The position numbers and the translations under genes were made by a program. A stretch of 64,000 nucleotides of DNA, taken from contig JAAVYV010000024.1 of the NCBI GenBank assembly GCA_022791325.1, positions 8,590 to 72,589 of the forward strand, read 5' to 3'. Origin of the DNA: Clostridia bacterium. Its GTDB lineage: Bacteria; Bacillota; Clostridia; TANB77; CAG-508. Positions 9,565 through 19,179 of the stretch are shown here, piece after piece. How positions within the stretch are numbered: position 1 is the first letter of the stretch; each line of letters begins with the position of its first letter. The notes beneath the pieces were generated by a model. The model was not told the origin of the DNA. It worked only from the letters and a program-made list of their open reading frames with translations, and did not search any database.

Positions 9565-10869
9565 ATGAATGTAGGATTTATACACTTAGGATGTAGTAAA
9601 AATTTAGTAGATACAGAAATGACAATAGGCCTATTTAAAAATAACGAATATAAAATAGTAAATAACCCAGAAGATGCTGATATTTTAGTAATAAATACAT
9701 GTGGATTTATTTTAAGTGCACAAGAAGAAGCAATAAATACAATACTTGAAATGGCAGAATATAAAAAGAAAAGATGTAAATATTTAATAGTAATGGGTTG
9801 CCTAGTACAGAGGTTTAAAGAAGAATTAGAAAAAGAAATTCCAGAAGTAGACTTATGGATAAAATATGATTCTTATAATACAATATGGGAACAAATAGAA
9901 GAAGTTATAAAACCAGAAGTAACAAAAGTAAAAGAGTTAAGCTTTTTAAATAGAACAATAACAACAGGTCAAAATTTTGCATATTTAAGAATAGCAGAAG
10001 GTTGTAGTAACTTTTGCACATATTGTGCAATTCCAAAAATAAGAGGAAAGTTCATAAGTAGAACGATGGAAGATGTACTACAAGAAGCTGAAAGACTTGC
10101 AAAACAAGGGTATCAAGAATTAATAGTAATAGCACAAGATACAACAAAATATGGAATAGACATATATGGTAAGCCACACTTAGCACAACTATTACAACAG
10201 TTATGCAAAATAGATGGAATAAAATGGATAAGATTTTTATATTCATACCCAGAAACAATAACAGGTGAACTAATAGAAATAGTAAAAAAAGAAGATAAAA
10301 TATGTAAATACTTTGATATACCAATTCAACATATATCAGATAGTGTTCTAAAAAGAATGAATAGAAAAAGTAATGGCAAAAGTATACGAAAAGTTATCAA
10401 AAAATTAAGAGAAGAAATACCAAATGTAGTAATACGTACAACAGTAATGGTAGGTTTTCCAGGAGAAACAAAGGAAGACTTTGAAGAATTATATAACTTT
10501 ATAAAAGAAGCAAAGTTTGACAGACTAGGTGCATTTAGTTATTCAAAAGAAGAAGGAACACCTGCAGAAAAATTACCAAATCAAATACATGCAAATACCA
10601 AAAAGAGTAGATATAACAAAATTATGAGTTTGCAACAACAAATAGCTATAGAAAAGCAAAAACAATTAATTGGAAAAGAATTAGAAGTATTAATAGAAAC
10701 GAAAACCTTTGATGGCAAATATTATGTAGGAAGAAGCTATATGGATGTACCAGATATAGATGGACTTATATACATAGAAATGGTAGACGAAGAACTAGAA
10801 GGAAAATTTGTCAAATGTGAAATTATAAGTGCAAATGACTATGATTTAATTGCAAAATGCAAAAAGTAA
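9565..10869 (+). CDS. rimO: ribosomal protein S12 methylthiotransferase (radical SAM MTTase)
   Basis: N-terminal MTTase domain (LGCSKNLVDTE, INTCGFI), radical SAM motif CSNFCTYCAIP, C-terminal TRAM domain, 434 aa. Confidence 0.75.
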   Translation: MNVGFIHLGCSKNLVDTEMTIGLFKNNEYKIVNNPEDADILVINTCGFILSAQEEAINTILEMAEYKKKRCKYLIVMGCLVQRFKEELEKEIPEVDLWIKYDSYNTIWEQIEEVIKPEVTKVKELSFLNRTITTGQNFAYLRIAEGCSNFCTYCAIPKIRGKFISRTMEDVLQEAERLAKQGYQELIVIAQDTTKYGIDIYGKPHLAQLLQQLCKIDGIKWIRFLYSYPETITGELIEIVKKEDKICKYFDIPIQHISDSVLKRMNRKSNGKSIRKVIKKLREEIPNVVIRTTVMVGFPGETKEDFEELYNFIKEAKFDRLGAFSYSKEEGTPAEKLPNQIHANTKKSRYNKIMSLQQQIAIEKQKQLIGKELEVLIETKTFDGKYYVGRSYMDVPDIDGLIYIEMVDEELEGKFVKCEIISANDYDLIAKCKK

Positions 10870-10962
10870 CATAACAAATTTTTATTTGTCAAAAATACTA
10901 GAAAAACAATATTAATTATGTTATAATTAATATAGGTGTAAAAAATAAAAGGAGGAGTAGTT

Positions 10963-11640
10963 ATGTTTGAAAGTAAATATGGAAAAGCACTTACTATAGG
11001 TTTAGTATTACTAATAGTAATAGTTATAGGAGTACTTATATTTTTCACAATAGATTATATAAAAAGTGTAAATACAAATAATGAAGCTTTACATGAGGCA
11101 AACAAGTTTATAAATGAAGTAAAAAGTCCAGAAAAGAATAATACTATATCAAATGAAACAGATACAAATAGTCAAACAAACGTAATACTTAATATACAAA
11201 CAGAAAATATAATTTCAGGTGGAGATGCAGATGATACATATAAAGGTTTTAAAAAAGCAGGTGTAATAGAAATTCCAAAAATAAACTTAAACTATATAAT
11301 TGTATCAGAAGTAGATAGTGACTCAATAGAAGTGGCAATAGCTATACAAGAGCAAGTAAGTGCAGGATTAAATAAAGTAGGAAATACAGTACTAGTAAGT
11401 CATAACTATAAAAATGGAACATTATTTTCAAATATTAACAACTTAGTAAAAGATGATAAAATATATATTACAGACAAAACGGGAACAAAACAAAGTTATA
11501 CGATATATGACATATACACTACAGGCACAGGTGATTCAGAATATATGGAAAGAGATACAAATGGGCAAAAAGAGATAACATTAGTAACTTGTACAAATGA
11601 AACAAAAAGTAGATTAGTTATTTGTGCTAAAGCTGATTAA
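10963..11640 (+). CDS. sortase family transpeptidase
   Basis: N-terminal TM anchor, catalytic His (VLVSHNY), TLVTC catalytic Cys motif and downstream Arg (SRLVI). Confidence 0.75.
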   Translation: MFESKYGKALTIGLVLLIVIVIGVLIFFTIDYIKSVNTNNEALHEANKFINEVKSPEKNNTISNETDTNSQTNVILNIQTENIISGGDADDTYKGFKKAGVIEIPKINLNYIIVSEVDSDSIEVAIAIQEQVSAGLNKVGNTVLVSHNYKNGTLFSNINNLVKDDKIYITDKTGTKQSYTIYDIYTTGTGDSEYMERDTNGQKEITLVTCTNETKSRLVICAKAD

Positions 11641-11663
11641 AATATAAAAAATATGAGGTAAAA

Positions 11664-12332
11664 ATGGATAAGGGAAGAAAATTTTTTACGATATTGTTAG
11701 TAATGCTAGCAATAGTAATAACTGTACTATTAGGATATTTAGCATACAAATATATATCAGGGTATATAATATCCAAAGAAGCAGCCAAAGTTGTAGAAGA
11801 ATTTGAAAATGAAGTAAAAGATATTATTACAGTAGAAATAGGTATGGAAAATACAATTGTAAATAATATAGAACAGCCAACTGTACAAAATACAAATGTA
11901 CAGCAAACAACAAAAGCACCACAAACAACCAGAAAGTATAAAGGGTATACTATAATAGGAACAATAAAAATACCGAAAACAAAAGTCAGTTATCCAATAG
12001 TAAATTCAACATCACCAAATGCAATGGATAATGCAATAGTACTTTTATATGGAGTAGGGTTAAATAAACAAGGTAATACTGTTATAGCAGGACATAATTA
12101 TAGAAATGGTGGATTTTTTGGAAATAATAAAAAACTACAAAATGGGGATAAAATATATATAACAGATGAATATGGAACAAGCATAGAATATACTATATAT
12201 AATAAATACATAGCAGAAGATTCTGATTTTAGTTATGCTACAAGAAATACAAATGGAAAAAGAGAAATTTCGCTATCAACATGTACAAGTGATAGCACAA
12301 AAAGATTAGTTATATGGGCAAAAGAAAATTAA
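11664..12332 (+). CDS. sortase family transpeptidase (tandem paralog)
   Basis: Same architecture as the preceding gene: TM anchor, VIAGHNY, SLSTC, KRLVI. Confidence 0.75.
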   Translation: MDKGRKFFTILLVMLAIVITVLLGYLAYKYISGYIISKEAAKVVEEFENEVKDIITVEIGMENTIVNNIEQPTVQNTNVQQTTKAPQTTRKYKGYTIIGTIKIPKTKVSYPIVNSTSPNAMDNAIVLLYGVGLNKQGNTVIAGHNYRNGGFFGNNKKLQNGDKIYITDEYGTSIEYTIYNKYIAEDSDFSYATRNTNGKREISLSTCTSDSTKRLVIWAKEN

Positions 12333-12485
12333 GTTATAAGTAAGAAGAATAAAAAAATGTTCAATTTTTCAGGTATTTACTAATGACAAGAAATGCCTGA
12401 AAAATAAGCTTTGGAGCCTACAAAATAATAAAAAAATAAGAAATATAAATTACCATAAGATTTTAAAAAAATATTGGAAAATCTT

Positions 12486-12514
12486 TTGACTTTTACCAAA
12501 AAATGTAGTATAAT
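12486..12514 (+). promoter_or_regulatory. sigma-A type promoter upstream of the carD-like gene
   Basis: TTGACT, 17 nt spacer, TATAAT. Confidence 0.55.
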
Positions 12515-12595
12515 AATTTCAGTGGTTGAAAAAGAGAATCGAAACCTTTCTTAACTTACACATAAAAAATTTACGTTGAAAGGAGTGTTAATTAC

Positions 12596-13168
12596 ATGTT
12601 TAATGTAGGAGATAAAATAGTGTACCCTATGCATGGCGCAGGAACAATAGATGCAATAGAAGAAAAAGACATATTAGGTGAGAGACAAGCTTATTATATA
12701 ATAAAAATGCCAGGAGAAGTAAAAGTAATGGTTCCAACTGCAAAAGCAGAAGAAATAGGGGTTAGAAATATAATAAATAAAGAAAATGCAGGAAAAGTAT
12801 TTCAAATATTAGAAGAAAATGAAACCGAAATGTCAAATAATTGGAATAAAAGATACAGAGATAATATGGATAAAATGAAAAGTGGAGACATATATGAAAT
12901 TGCAGATGTAGTTAGGAACTTAAGTTTTAAACAAAAAGAAAAAGGCCTATCAACAGGAGAAAAAAAGATGTTAGGAAATGCTAAACAAATATTAGTAAGT
13001 GAACTAGTTTTAGCAGAACATGCATCACAAGAAGAAGTAGAGCAACTAGTAGAAAATAAAATAACAATGTCATTTGAAGAATATAAATCACCAGTTGAAG
13101 AAAATACTCAAATAGGAAAAGATATAGTTAAAAAGTTTATTCCGTTTGATGGAACAGCAAACGTATAA
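12596..13168 (+). CDS. carD: CarD/CdnL family transcriptional regulator
   Basis: N-terminal FNVGDKIVYPMHGAGTIDAIEEKDILGERQAYYIIKMP matches the CarD_CdnL_TRCF domain. Confidence 0.8.
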   Translation: MFNVGDKIVYPMHGAGTIDAIEEKDILGERQAYYIIKMPGEVKVMVPTAKAEEIGVRNIINKENAGKVFQILEENETEMSNNWNKRYRDNMDKMKSGDIYEIADVVRNLSFKQKEKGLSTGEKKMLGNAKQILVSELVLAEHASQEEVEQLVENKITMSFEEYKSPVEENTQIGKDIVKKFIPFDGTANV

Positions 13169-13180
13169 AATAGAATCATA

Positions 13181-13217
13181 ACACAGAAGACGACTTAAAA
13201 AGAGTCGTTTTTTGTGT
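13181..13217 (+). terminator. rho-independent terminator after the carD-like gene
   Basis: GAAGACGACT / AGAGTCGTT hairpin followed by TTTTT. Confidence 0.7.
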
Positions 13218-13262
13218 TATACTAGAAAAGTATGCTATTTTAAGTTATAATTGTAGGGTCTT
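13218..13262 (+). repeat. dispersed module TATACTAG(A/G)AAAGTA..ATTTTAAG..TGTAGGG
   Basis: Similar modules at 45325, 49823, 49903 and 60899. Four of the five follow a terminator or hairpin directly; 49903 is the second of a tandem pair. Confidence 0.6.
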
Positions 13263-13425
13263 ATATCTAATAGAAACATCCAAGAGCAGTTACAAAATTA
13301 TGCAATTCTTGTAGTATAAGAAAAAAATGACTTTTGATAATACAATTTATATTATAGAGGGCACCGTATTCGACGAACTATGTGACAAGCCACCCTTCTT
13401 GTTAAATAGGAAGAATCAACTTAAA

Positions 13426-13452
13426 ATGTAGGGACAATTAGCAATTGCCAGA
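13426..13452 (+). repeat. GTAG-headed REP-like hairpin
   Basis: ATGTAGGGACAATTAGCAATTGCC. Same head (AAAATGTAGGGAC) as at 36804. Confidence 0.55.
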
Positions 13453-13574
13453 GTATAGAAACAGCCCTTGTTTTTTGAAAATAAGGATAACATAAAATAA
13501 AATCACAAAAAGAAGGATTTATGTATATTCTGTCGAATAATATAAATATGGAATAGAAAGGTAGAGAAATTGAA

Positions 13575-15353
13575 GTGCGATATAGTGATGAATTAATTGA
13601 TGAAATTAAAAATAAAAATGACATAGTTGATATCATATCACAATATGTAGTATTAAAAAGAAGCGGTAGAAACTTTTTTGGTTTATGTCCATTTCATAAA
13701 GAAAAGTCACCTTCTTTTTCTGTATCACCAGATAAGCAAATATTTCATTGTTTTGGTTGTGGAGTTGGTGGCAATGTATTCCACTTTGTAAGCAAAATAG
13801 AAAATATAAGTTTTAAAGAATCACTAGAAACTCTAGCAGATAAAGCAGGAATAGAGCTTCCAATGCTCGAAAATGATGTGGATAGTAAACTAGTAGCTCT
13901 AAAATCAAAGGTATATGAAATAAATAAATGTGCAGCAGAGTTTTACCATGAAAACTTATATAAGCCTACCGCTAAACCAGCACAAGAATATGTAAAAAAA
14001 AGAAAACTAGACAATAATACATTAAAAAGTTTTTTAATAGGGTATTCAGGTAATTTTAATGAACTATATATGTTATTAAAGCAAAAAGGCTATACTGAAG
14101 AAGAAATACTAGCTTCAAGCTTAGTAAATAAAACACCAGATGGGAAATATATAGATAGATTTAGAAAAAGACTTATGTTTCCAATTCAAGATGTAAGGGG
14201 AAGAGTAATAGCGTTTGGTGGAAGAGTGTTAGATGATAGTAAACCAAAATATATAAATTCACCAGAGAATATAGTATATAGTAAGGGCAGACATCTATAT
14301 GGCTTAAATGTTGCAAAAAAATATGAAAATAAAAAAATAATTATAGTAGAAGGCTATATGGATGCAGTTTCATTACATCAAAGAGGAATTCATAATGCAG
14401 TTGCTTCACTAGGAACAGCAATGACAGAAGCTCAAGGAAGACTTTTACGAAAAAGTAGTGAACAAATAGTAATTGGATACGACTCTGATGGAGCAGGACA
14501 AGCTGCAACACAAAGAGGATTAGAAATTTTGCAAAGTTTAGGCTGTGATGTTAGAGTACTTCAAATAGATGGAGCTAAAGACCCAGATGAATTTGTAGTA
14601 AAATATGGACCAGAAAGGTTTGGAAAGCAAGTAGAAAAAGCAATATCATTAGTAGAATATAAAGTAAAGATATTAAGTAAAAACTTAAATTTAGAAATAG
14701 CAAATGACAAAATTAAGTTTTTAAAAGAAATTGCAAAAGTGTTATCAAGAATAGAAAATGATATTGAAAAAGAAGTATATATAGATAAAATAGCAAAAGA
14801 ATATGTTATTTCTAAAGAAGCCATATATGCAGAAATAAATAAATTAGAAAATATGAATAATAAAGGAAGCAAAATACTAGAAAGAGCTAAGCCAAAATTA
14901 GAAATAAAAGAAAATAATATTATAGATGAACAAACAGATAAAAGGGAAAAATTAGTTATATATTTATTAATTAATTATCCTGAAAAAAGTTATAATATAA
15001 TCAAGAAGAACATAGGAATAGCAGACTTTAAAAGTGAGCAAAATCAAAATATAGTAAAAAAGCTGTATGAAGAATTAGAAAAAGGAAATAGTAATATAAA
15101 TAATATAATAGATTGGTTTGAAGATGAACAAACCATAAATTATCTTTCATGGATATTAGCATATGACTTTGAAATAACAGAAATTAATAAATGCATATCA
15201 GACTTAATAAATATATATACAAGAGAAAATATACTAAAACAAAGAAATGAAATAATAAAAAGGCTAGAAAGAGAAGACTTAAGTAGAGAAGAAAGTATCG
15301 AATTAGAAAAAATGCTAAATGAAATAATAATAAAATTAGCCAAAATGAAATAG
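13575..15353 (+). CDS. dnaG: DNA primase
   Basis: Zinc ribbon (CPFHKEKSPSFSV..FHCFGCG), TOPRIM domain (IIVEGYMDAVS, GYDSDGAG). GTG start, TAG stop. Confidence 0.9.
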   Translation: MRYSDELIDEIKNKNDIVDIISQYVVLKRSGRNFFGLCPFHKEKSPSFSVSPDKQIFHCFGCGVGGNVFHFVSKIENISFKESLETLADKAGIELPMLENDVDSKLVALKSKVYEINKCAAEFYHENLYKPTAKPAQEYVKKRKLDNNTLKSFLIGYSGNFNELYMLLKQKGYTEEEILASSLVNKTPDGKYIDRFRKRLMFPIQDVRGRVIAFGGRVLDDSKPKYINSPENIVYSKGRHLYGLNVAKKYENKKIIIVEGYMDAVSLHQRGIHNAVASLGTAMTEAQGRLLRKSSEQIVIGYDSDGAGQAATQRGLEILQSLGCDVRVLQIDGAKDPDEFVVKYGPERFGKQVEKAISLVEYKVKILSKNLNLEIANDKIKFLKEIAKVLSRIENDIEKEVYIDKIAKEYVISKEAIYAEINKLENMNNKGSKILERAKPKLEIKENNIIDEQTDKREKLVIYLLINYPEKSYNIIKKNIGIADFKSEQNQNIVKKLYEELEKGNSNINNIIDWFEDEQTINYLSWILAYDFEITEINKCISDLINIYTRENILKQRNEIIKRLEREDLSREESIELEKMLNEIIIKLAKMK

Positions 15354-15365
15354 GAGGGGTTATTT

Positions 15366-16580
15366 GTGAAAAAAGCTGAAAAAACAGAAGAATTAGAAGA
15401 AGCAATATCTAATAAACAAAATACAGCTAAAAAACAAACAAAGAAAAATATTGAAGAGACAGTAAAAGAAAGTGGAGAGAATACTAAAAAAGAAGAAAAA
15501 AAATCACAAGAAAAGATAAATGAAATAATAGAAAAAGCTAAAGAACAAAAAGGAAAAATAACATATGCTGAGCTTGCGAATGAACTAGAAGATACAAACC
15601 CAGAACAATTAGATAAAGTATTTGATGCATTTGAAGAAATAGGAGTAGACTTATTACAAGAAGAGTTAGAAGAGCCAGATATAGAAGATTTACAAGAAGT
15701 AGAAGATATTAAATTAGAGGAAATAGATTTAAGTGCAGGAATAGAAGGAATAAGTATAGATGACCCTGTTAGAATGTATTTAAGAGAAATAGGAAAGATA
15801 CCACTTTTAAGCTATGATGAAGAATTAGAACTAGCAAAAAAAGTTTTAGAAAATGATGAATATGCGAAAAAGAAATTAGCAGAGTCAAACTTAAGGTTAG
15901 TTGTAAGTATTGCAAAAAAATATGTAGGCAGGGGAATGTTATTTTTAGACCTAATTCAAGAAGGAAATATGGGGTTAATAAAAGCAGTTGAAAAATTTGA
16001 TTATACAAAAGGTTTTAAATTTAGTACTTATGCAACATGGTGGATTCGTCAAGCAATAACAAGAGCAATAGCAGACCAAGCAAGAACAATAAGAATACCA
16101 GTACACATGGTAGAAACAATAAACAAATTAATACGTACCTCAAGGCACTTATTACAACAATTAGGACGTGAGCCAACCCCAGAGGAAATTGCAAAAGAAA
16201 TGGAAATACCAGTAGAAAAAGTAGCAGAAATACAAAAAATTGCACAAGATCCAGTATCATTAGAAACACCAATAGGAGAAGAAGATGATAGCCACCTAGG
16301 AGACTTCATACAAGATGATGATAGCCCAGCACCACAAGACTCAGCAGCATATACAATGCTTAAAGAGCAACTAGAAGAAGTAATGGAAACGCTAACACCA
16401 AGAGAAGCAAAAGTTTTAAAATTAAGGTTTGGATTAGAAGATGGAAAAGCACGTACACTAGAAGAAGTAGGAAAAGAATTCATGGTAACACGTGAAAGAA
16501 TAAGACAAATAGAAGCAAAAGCCCTAAGAAAACTAAGACACCCATCAAGATCAAGAAAATTAAGAGATTATATGAACTAA
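15366..16580 (+). CDS. sigA: RNA polymerase primary sigma factor
   Basis: Regions 2-4 recognised ([47 protein letters not shown]). GTG start behind GGAGG. Immediately downstream of dnaG. Confidence 0.9.
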   Translation: MKKAEKTEELEEAISNKQNTAKKQTKKNIEETVKESGENTKKEEKKSQEKINEIIEKAKEQKGKITYAELANELEDTNPEQLDKVFDAFEEIGVDLLQEELEEPDIEDLQEVEDIKLEEIDLSAGIEGISIDDPVRMYLREIGKIPLLSYDEELELAKKVLENDEYAKKKLAESNLRLVVSIAKKYVGRGMLFLDLIQEGNMGLIKAVEKFDYTKGFKFSTYATWWIRQAITRAIADQARTIRIPVHMVETINKLIRTSRHLLQQLGREPTPEEIAKEMEIPVEKVAEIQKIAQDPVSLETPIGEEDDSHLGDFIQDDDSPAPQDSAAYTMLKEQLEEVMETLTPREAKVLKLRFGLEDGKARTLEEVGKEFMVTRERIRQIEAKALRKLRHPSRSRKLRDYMN

Positions 16581-16588
16581 AAAAATGG

Positions 16589-16630
16589 CACTATTTAGGG
16601 AGGTTCCCTAAATAGTGTTACTTTTCTTGT
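16589..16630 (+). terminator. rho-independent terminator after sigA
   Basis: CACTATTTAGGGA / TCCCTAAATAGTG hairpin followed by a T-rich run. Confidence 0.75.
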
Positions 16631-16781
16631 TGAATTCTATCTCGAGCATGAAACAGAGTTTATTTTAGCAATTATGATGAAAAAGAAATAATGACAGGTG
16701 CCTATTTTTAGGCAATTAGATACAAAAAAGCTAGTACTTTAATAAGTGCTAGCTTTTTTGAACATGAAAGAATTGCAGAGG

Positions 16782-16809
16782 AAAGATTTGGACGCGTCCC
16801 AAATCTTTC
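16782..16809. repeat. palindromic repeat AAAGATTTGGACGCGTCCCAAATCTTT
   Basis: Near-perfect palindrome around ACGCGT. Further copies at 21553-21595 and 30365-30413. Confidence 0.75.
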
Positions 16810-16827
16810 CTAAGTTAAAACTTGAAA

Positions 16828-17289
16828 TTAATTTTCATCCTCACAACATTCTTCAGAAACTTCAGTTCTTAAGCAAGGTTTTTCACAAGGTCTTTCGCAT
16901 TTGCAGTCATGTTTACAATCCATTTTTACACCTTTTAGGCATTTCCCTTCGTGTTTAACTTCTGTACATATTTTGCAGTGTCTTACACGGTCAACCCATA
17001 TTTGGATTTCATAAAATTTATTATCACATAAAGGCCCGAAAACGAATTCTCCTTCTTTATCTGTAAAAGTATGAGAAACAGGTCTTCTTTCCTCTTTGCC
17101 ACATTCACATACAACTTCTATTAGTTTTACAACTGCATCACAAATTGGATCACCATAGCAATCTTTAACAACTCCATATATAACATTTCTGTTGTCTTCT
17201 GGAAGTTTTATTTCTAAATCAAATTGTTTACCAGAAGCTATAATACCATCAACATCTACTACAGGGCATACATTTTTATCATATTCCAT
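16828..17289 (-). CDS. Cys-rich protein with a carboxypeptidase-regulatory-like (prealbumin fold) segment, hypothetical
   Basis: 153 aa. The GVVKDCYGDPICDAVVKL segment resembles CarboxypepD_reg. The C-terminal tail CKHDCKCERPCEKPC..EECCEDEN is Cys-rich. Confidence 0.5.
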   Translation of the reverse strand: MEYDKNVCPVVDVDGIIASGKQFDLEIKLPEDNRNVIYGVVKDCYGDPICDAVVKLIEVVCECGKEERRPVSHTFTDKEGEFVFGPLCDNKFYEIQIWVDRVRHCKICTEVKHEGKCLKGVKMDCKHDCKCERPCEKPCLRTEVSEECCEDEN

Positions 17290-17418
17290 AATATTTATTC
17301 ATCCTTTCTAAATTTATTATAGTTAACCATAATTATAATATATATTATGAAAAAATATAAAAAATGTGTACTTTTTTGTAATAATATGATATATAATTAA
17401 GGGGTAGGAGGAAAAAGA

Positions 17419-18213
17419 ATGGATACAAGACCAATAGGAATGTTTGACTCAGGAGTAGGAGGTCTAACAGTATTAAAAGAAGTAATTGAAGAATGTGTAG
17501 GAGAAAAGGTAATATATTTAGGAGATACCAAATCTTTCCCATATGGAAATAAGACAAAAGAAAGTATAATAAACTTATGCAAAAATGCAATAAATTTTTT
17601 AATAAAAAAAGATGTAAAAGCTATAATAATAGCATGTGGAACAGCTACATCACAAGCTTTAGAAGAAATGCAAAAATGCTATAACATACCAATAATAGGA
17701 ATAATAGATTCCACTGTAGAATATATAAAAAATAAAGGATATGAAAATATAGGAGTTATGGCAACAAGAGGAACGATAAGAAGTAATGGATGGAAAAATA
17801 AAATTGATAAAAAAATAAAAAATGCAAATGTAATAAATAAAGAATGTCCATTACTAGCTCCAATGGCAGAAGAGGGATGGACAGAAAATGAAATTGCGAA
17901 ATTAGTAGTAGCAGAATATTTAAAAGGTCTTAAAAACATCCAATGCTTAATATTAGGATGTACACATTACCCACTGTTCAAAAATGCTATAGAAGAACAA
18001 ATAGGAGATAGTGTAGATGTAATAAACACAGGAGAAGTATTAGCAAAAAGTTTAAATGAAATATTAAAAGAAGAGAATATAGCTAATAATAAGCAAAGTA
18101 CAAAAAAATATGAAATATATTTAACAGATATGGAAACAAACTTTATAAATGTTGCTAGTAAATTATTAAAAGATGAAAGCATAGGAGCTAAAATAAAACT
18201 TGCAGAGTATTAA
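17419..18213 (+). CDS. murI: glutamate racemase
   Basis: GMFDSGVGGLTVLKE, IIACGTATS and LGCTHYPL motifs. Confidence 0.9.
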   Translation: MDTRPIGMFDSGVGGLTVLKEVIEECVGEKVIYLGDTKSFPYGNKTKESIINLCKNAINFLIKKDVKAIIIACGTATSQALEEMQKCYNIPIIGIIDSTVEYIKNKGYENIGVMATRGTIRSNGWKNKIDKKIKNANVINKECPLLAPMAEEGWTENEIAKLVVAEYLKGLKNIQCLILGCTHYPLFKNAIEEQIGDSVDVINTGEVLAKSLNEILKEENIANNKQSTKKYEIYLTDMETNFINVASKLLKDESIGAKIKLAEY

Positions 18214-18426
18214 TTAAAATACTTTGCAAGTTTGTAATTTTATTTATGATAATATGGAACGTTATTAATATAGCTTAAATTAAAATAATAAGTTACTTTA
18301 TGTAGGCTTCTGGTTAAATAAGAAAAGTTACTTTTTGTTGTAAGGCAACGTTTTTAGAAATGCCTAATATGACAAAACCATAATGTGCCTTTTAGTTTAA
18401 AATAAAAATAAGTTTTAAATATTAAG

Positions 18427-19179
18427 CTATATTAGTTCATATTTATGATATTCTTTAATAGTATCTAATTCTATTTGTGAAAATGTTACATCTTCGTTTT
18501 TATAAGTTTTATTCCAAGGTGAATTTGGTTTATGTGTTATACCTACTAATTCTGAAGCAGTTAACTCACCATATTTTTGTAAGGTCTTTTCTATGCTTAT
18601 TATTTTTCCTGTACCATCTTCTGCAAATAATATTCTACTTTTAGCAGGCATTTCAAATACATCGTTACTATCAATATTGCCAGTTTCTTCTTCAATTGCT
18701 TCATAACCATATTCTTTATATTTTTTATATACTGTGTCTATAACAGGACCATATTTAAATGCATATATTTTATCTGTAAATAATGCTTTACCAGTATCAC
18801 ATAAATAGTCAGCAAAGCATAAATATACTAATTTTTGTAGTTTTAGTTGTGTACATTTAACTTTAGATAGAATGTATTTTGCTATATCTATTCCAAGTAA
18901 TTTTCTATCCTTTTTTATGAGGCTAATAAATGTTTCTAAATCTTCTATTACTTTAACACCTTTAAAAAAGTGGTCTGAATTGCATACTGACTCCCAAGTT
19001 TCGTTATCTGCTTGTATCATATGTGTCGAAATAGATACATCTCTACCACATTCATAAATTATGGTATCTAAGTCTTTTTTCAATTCTTCTTGTATGCTTG
19101 CATCTTCAACTATAAAATCAAGTGCAATTCTTGTTCCTAGTGAATAAGAACTACTCATAAATATAAAATGTGTTACCAC
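18427..19179 (-). CDS. Panacea (DUF4065/SocA-like) domain antitoxin, PanA-type
   Basis: IAKYILSKVKCTQLKLQKLVYLCFADYLCDTGKALFTDKIYAFKYGPVIDTVYKKY matches DUF4065. The GTG start overlaps the TAG stop of the upstream toxSAS gene (TAGTG). Confidence 0.7.
   Translation of the reverse strand: MVTHFIFMSSSYSLGTRIALDFIVEDASIQEELKKDLDTIIYECGRDVSISTHMIQADNETWESVCNSDHFFKGVKVIEDLETFISLIKKDRKLLGIDIAKYILSKVKCTQLKLQKLVYLCFADYLCDTGKALFTDKIYAFKYGPVIDTVYKKYKEYGYEAIEEETGNIDSNDVFEMPAKSRILFAEDGTGKIISIEKTLQKYGELTASELVGITHKPNSPWNKTYKNEDVTFSQIELDTIKEYHKYELI

Noticed and set aside
16746-16958. 70-aa plus-strand ORF overlapping the 3' end of the Cys-rich gene.
   Set aside because: It starts within a palindromic repeat, has no RBS, and is antisense to a better-supported ORF.
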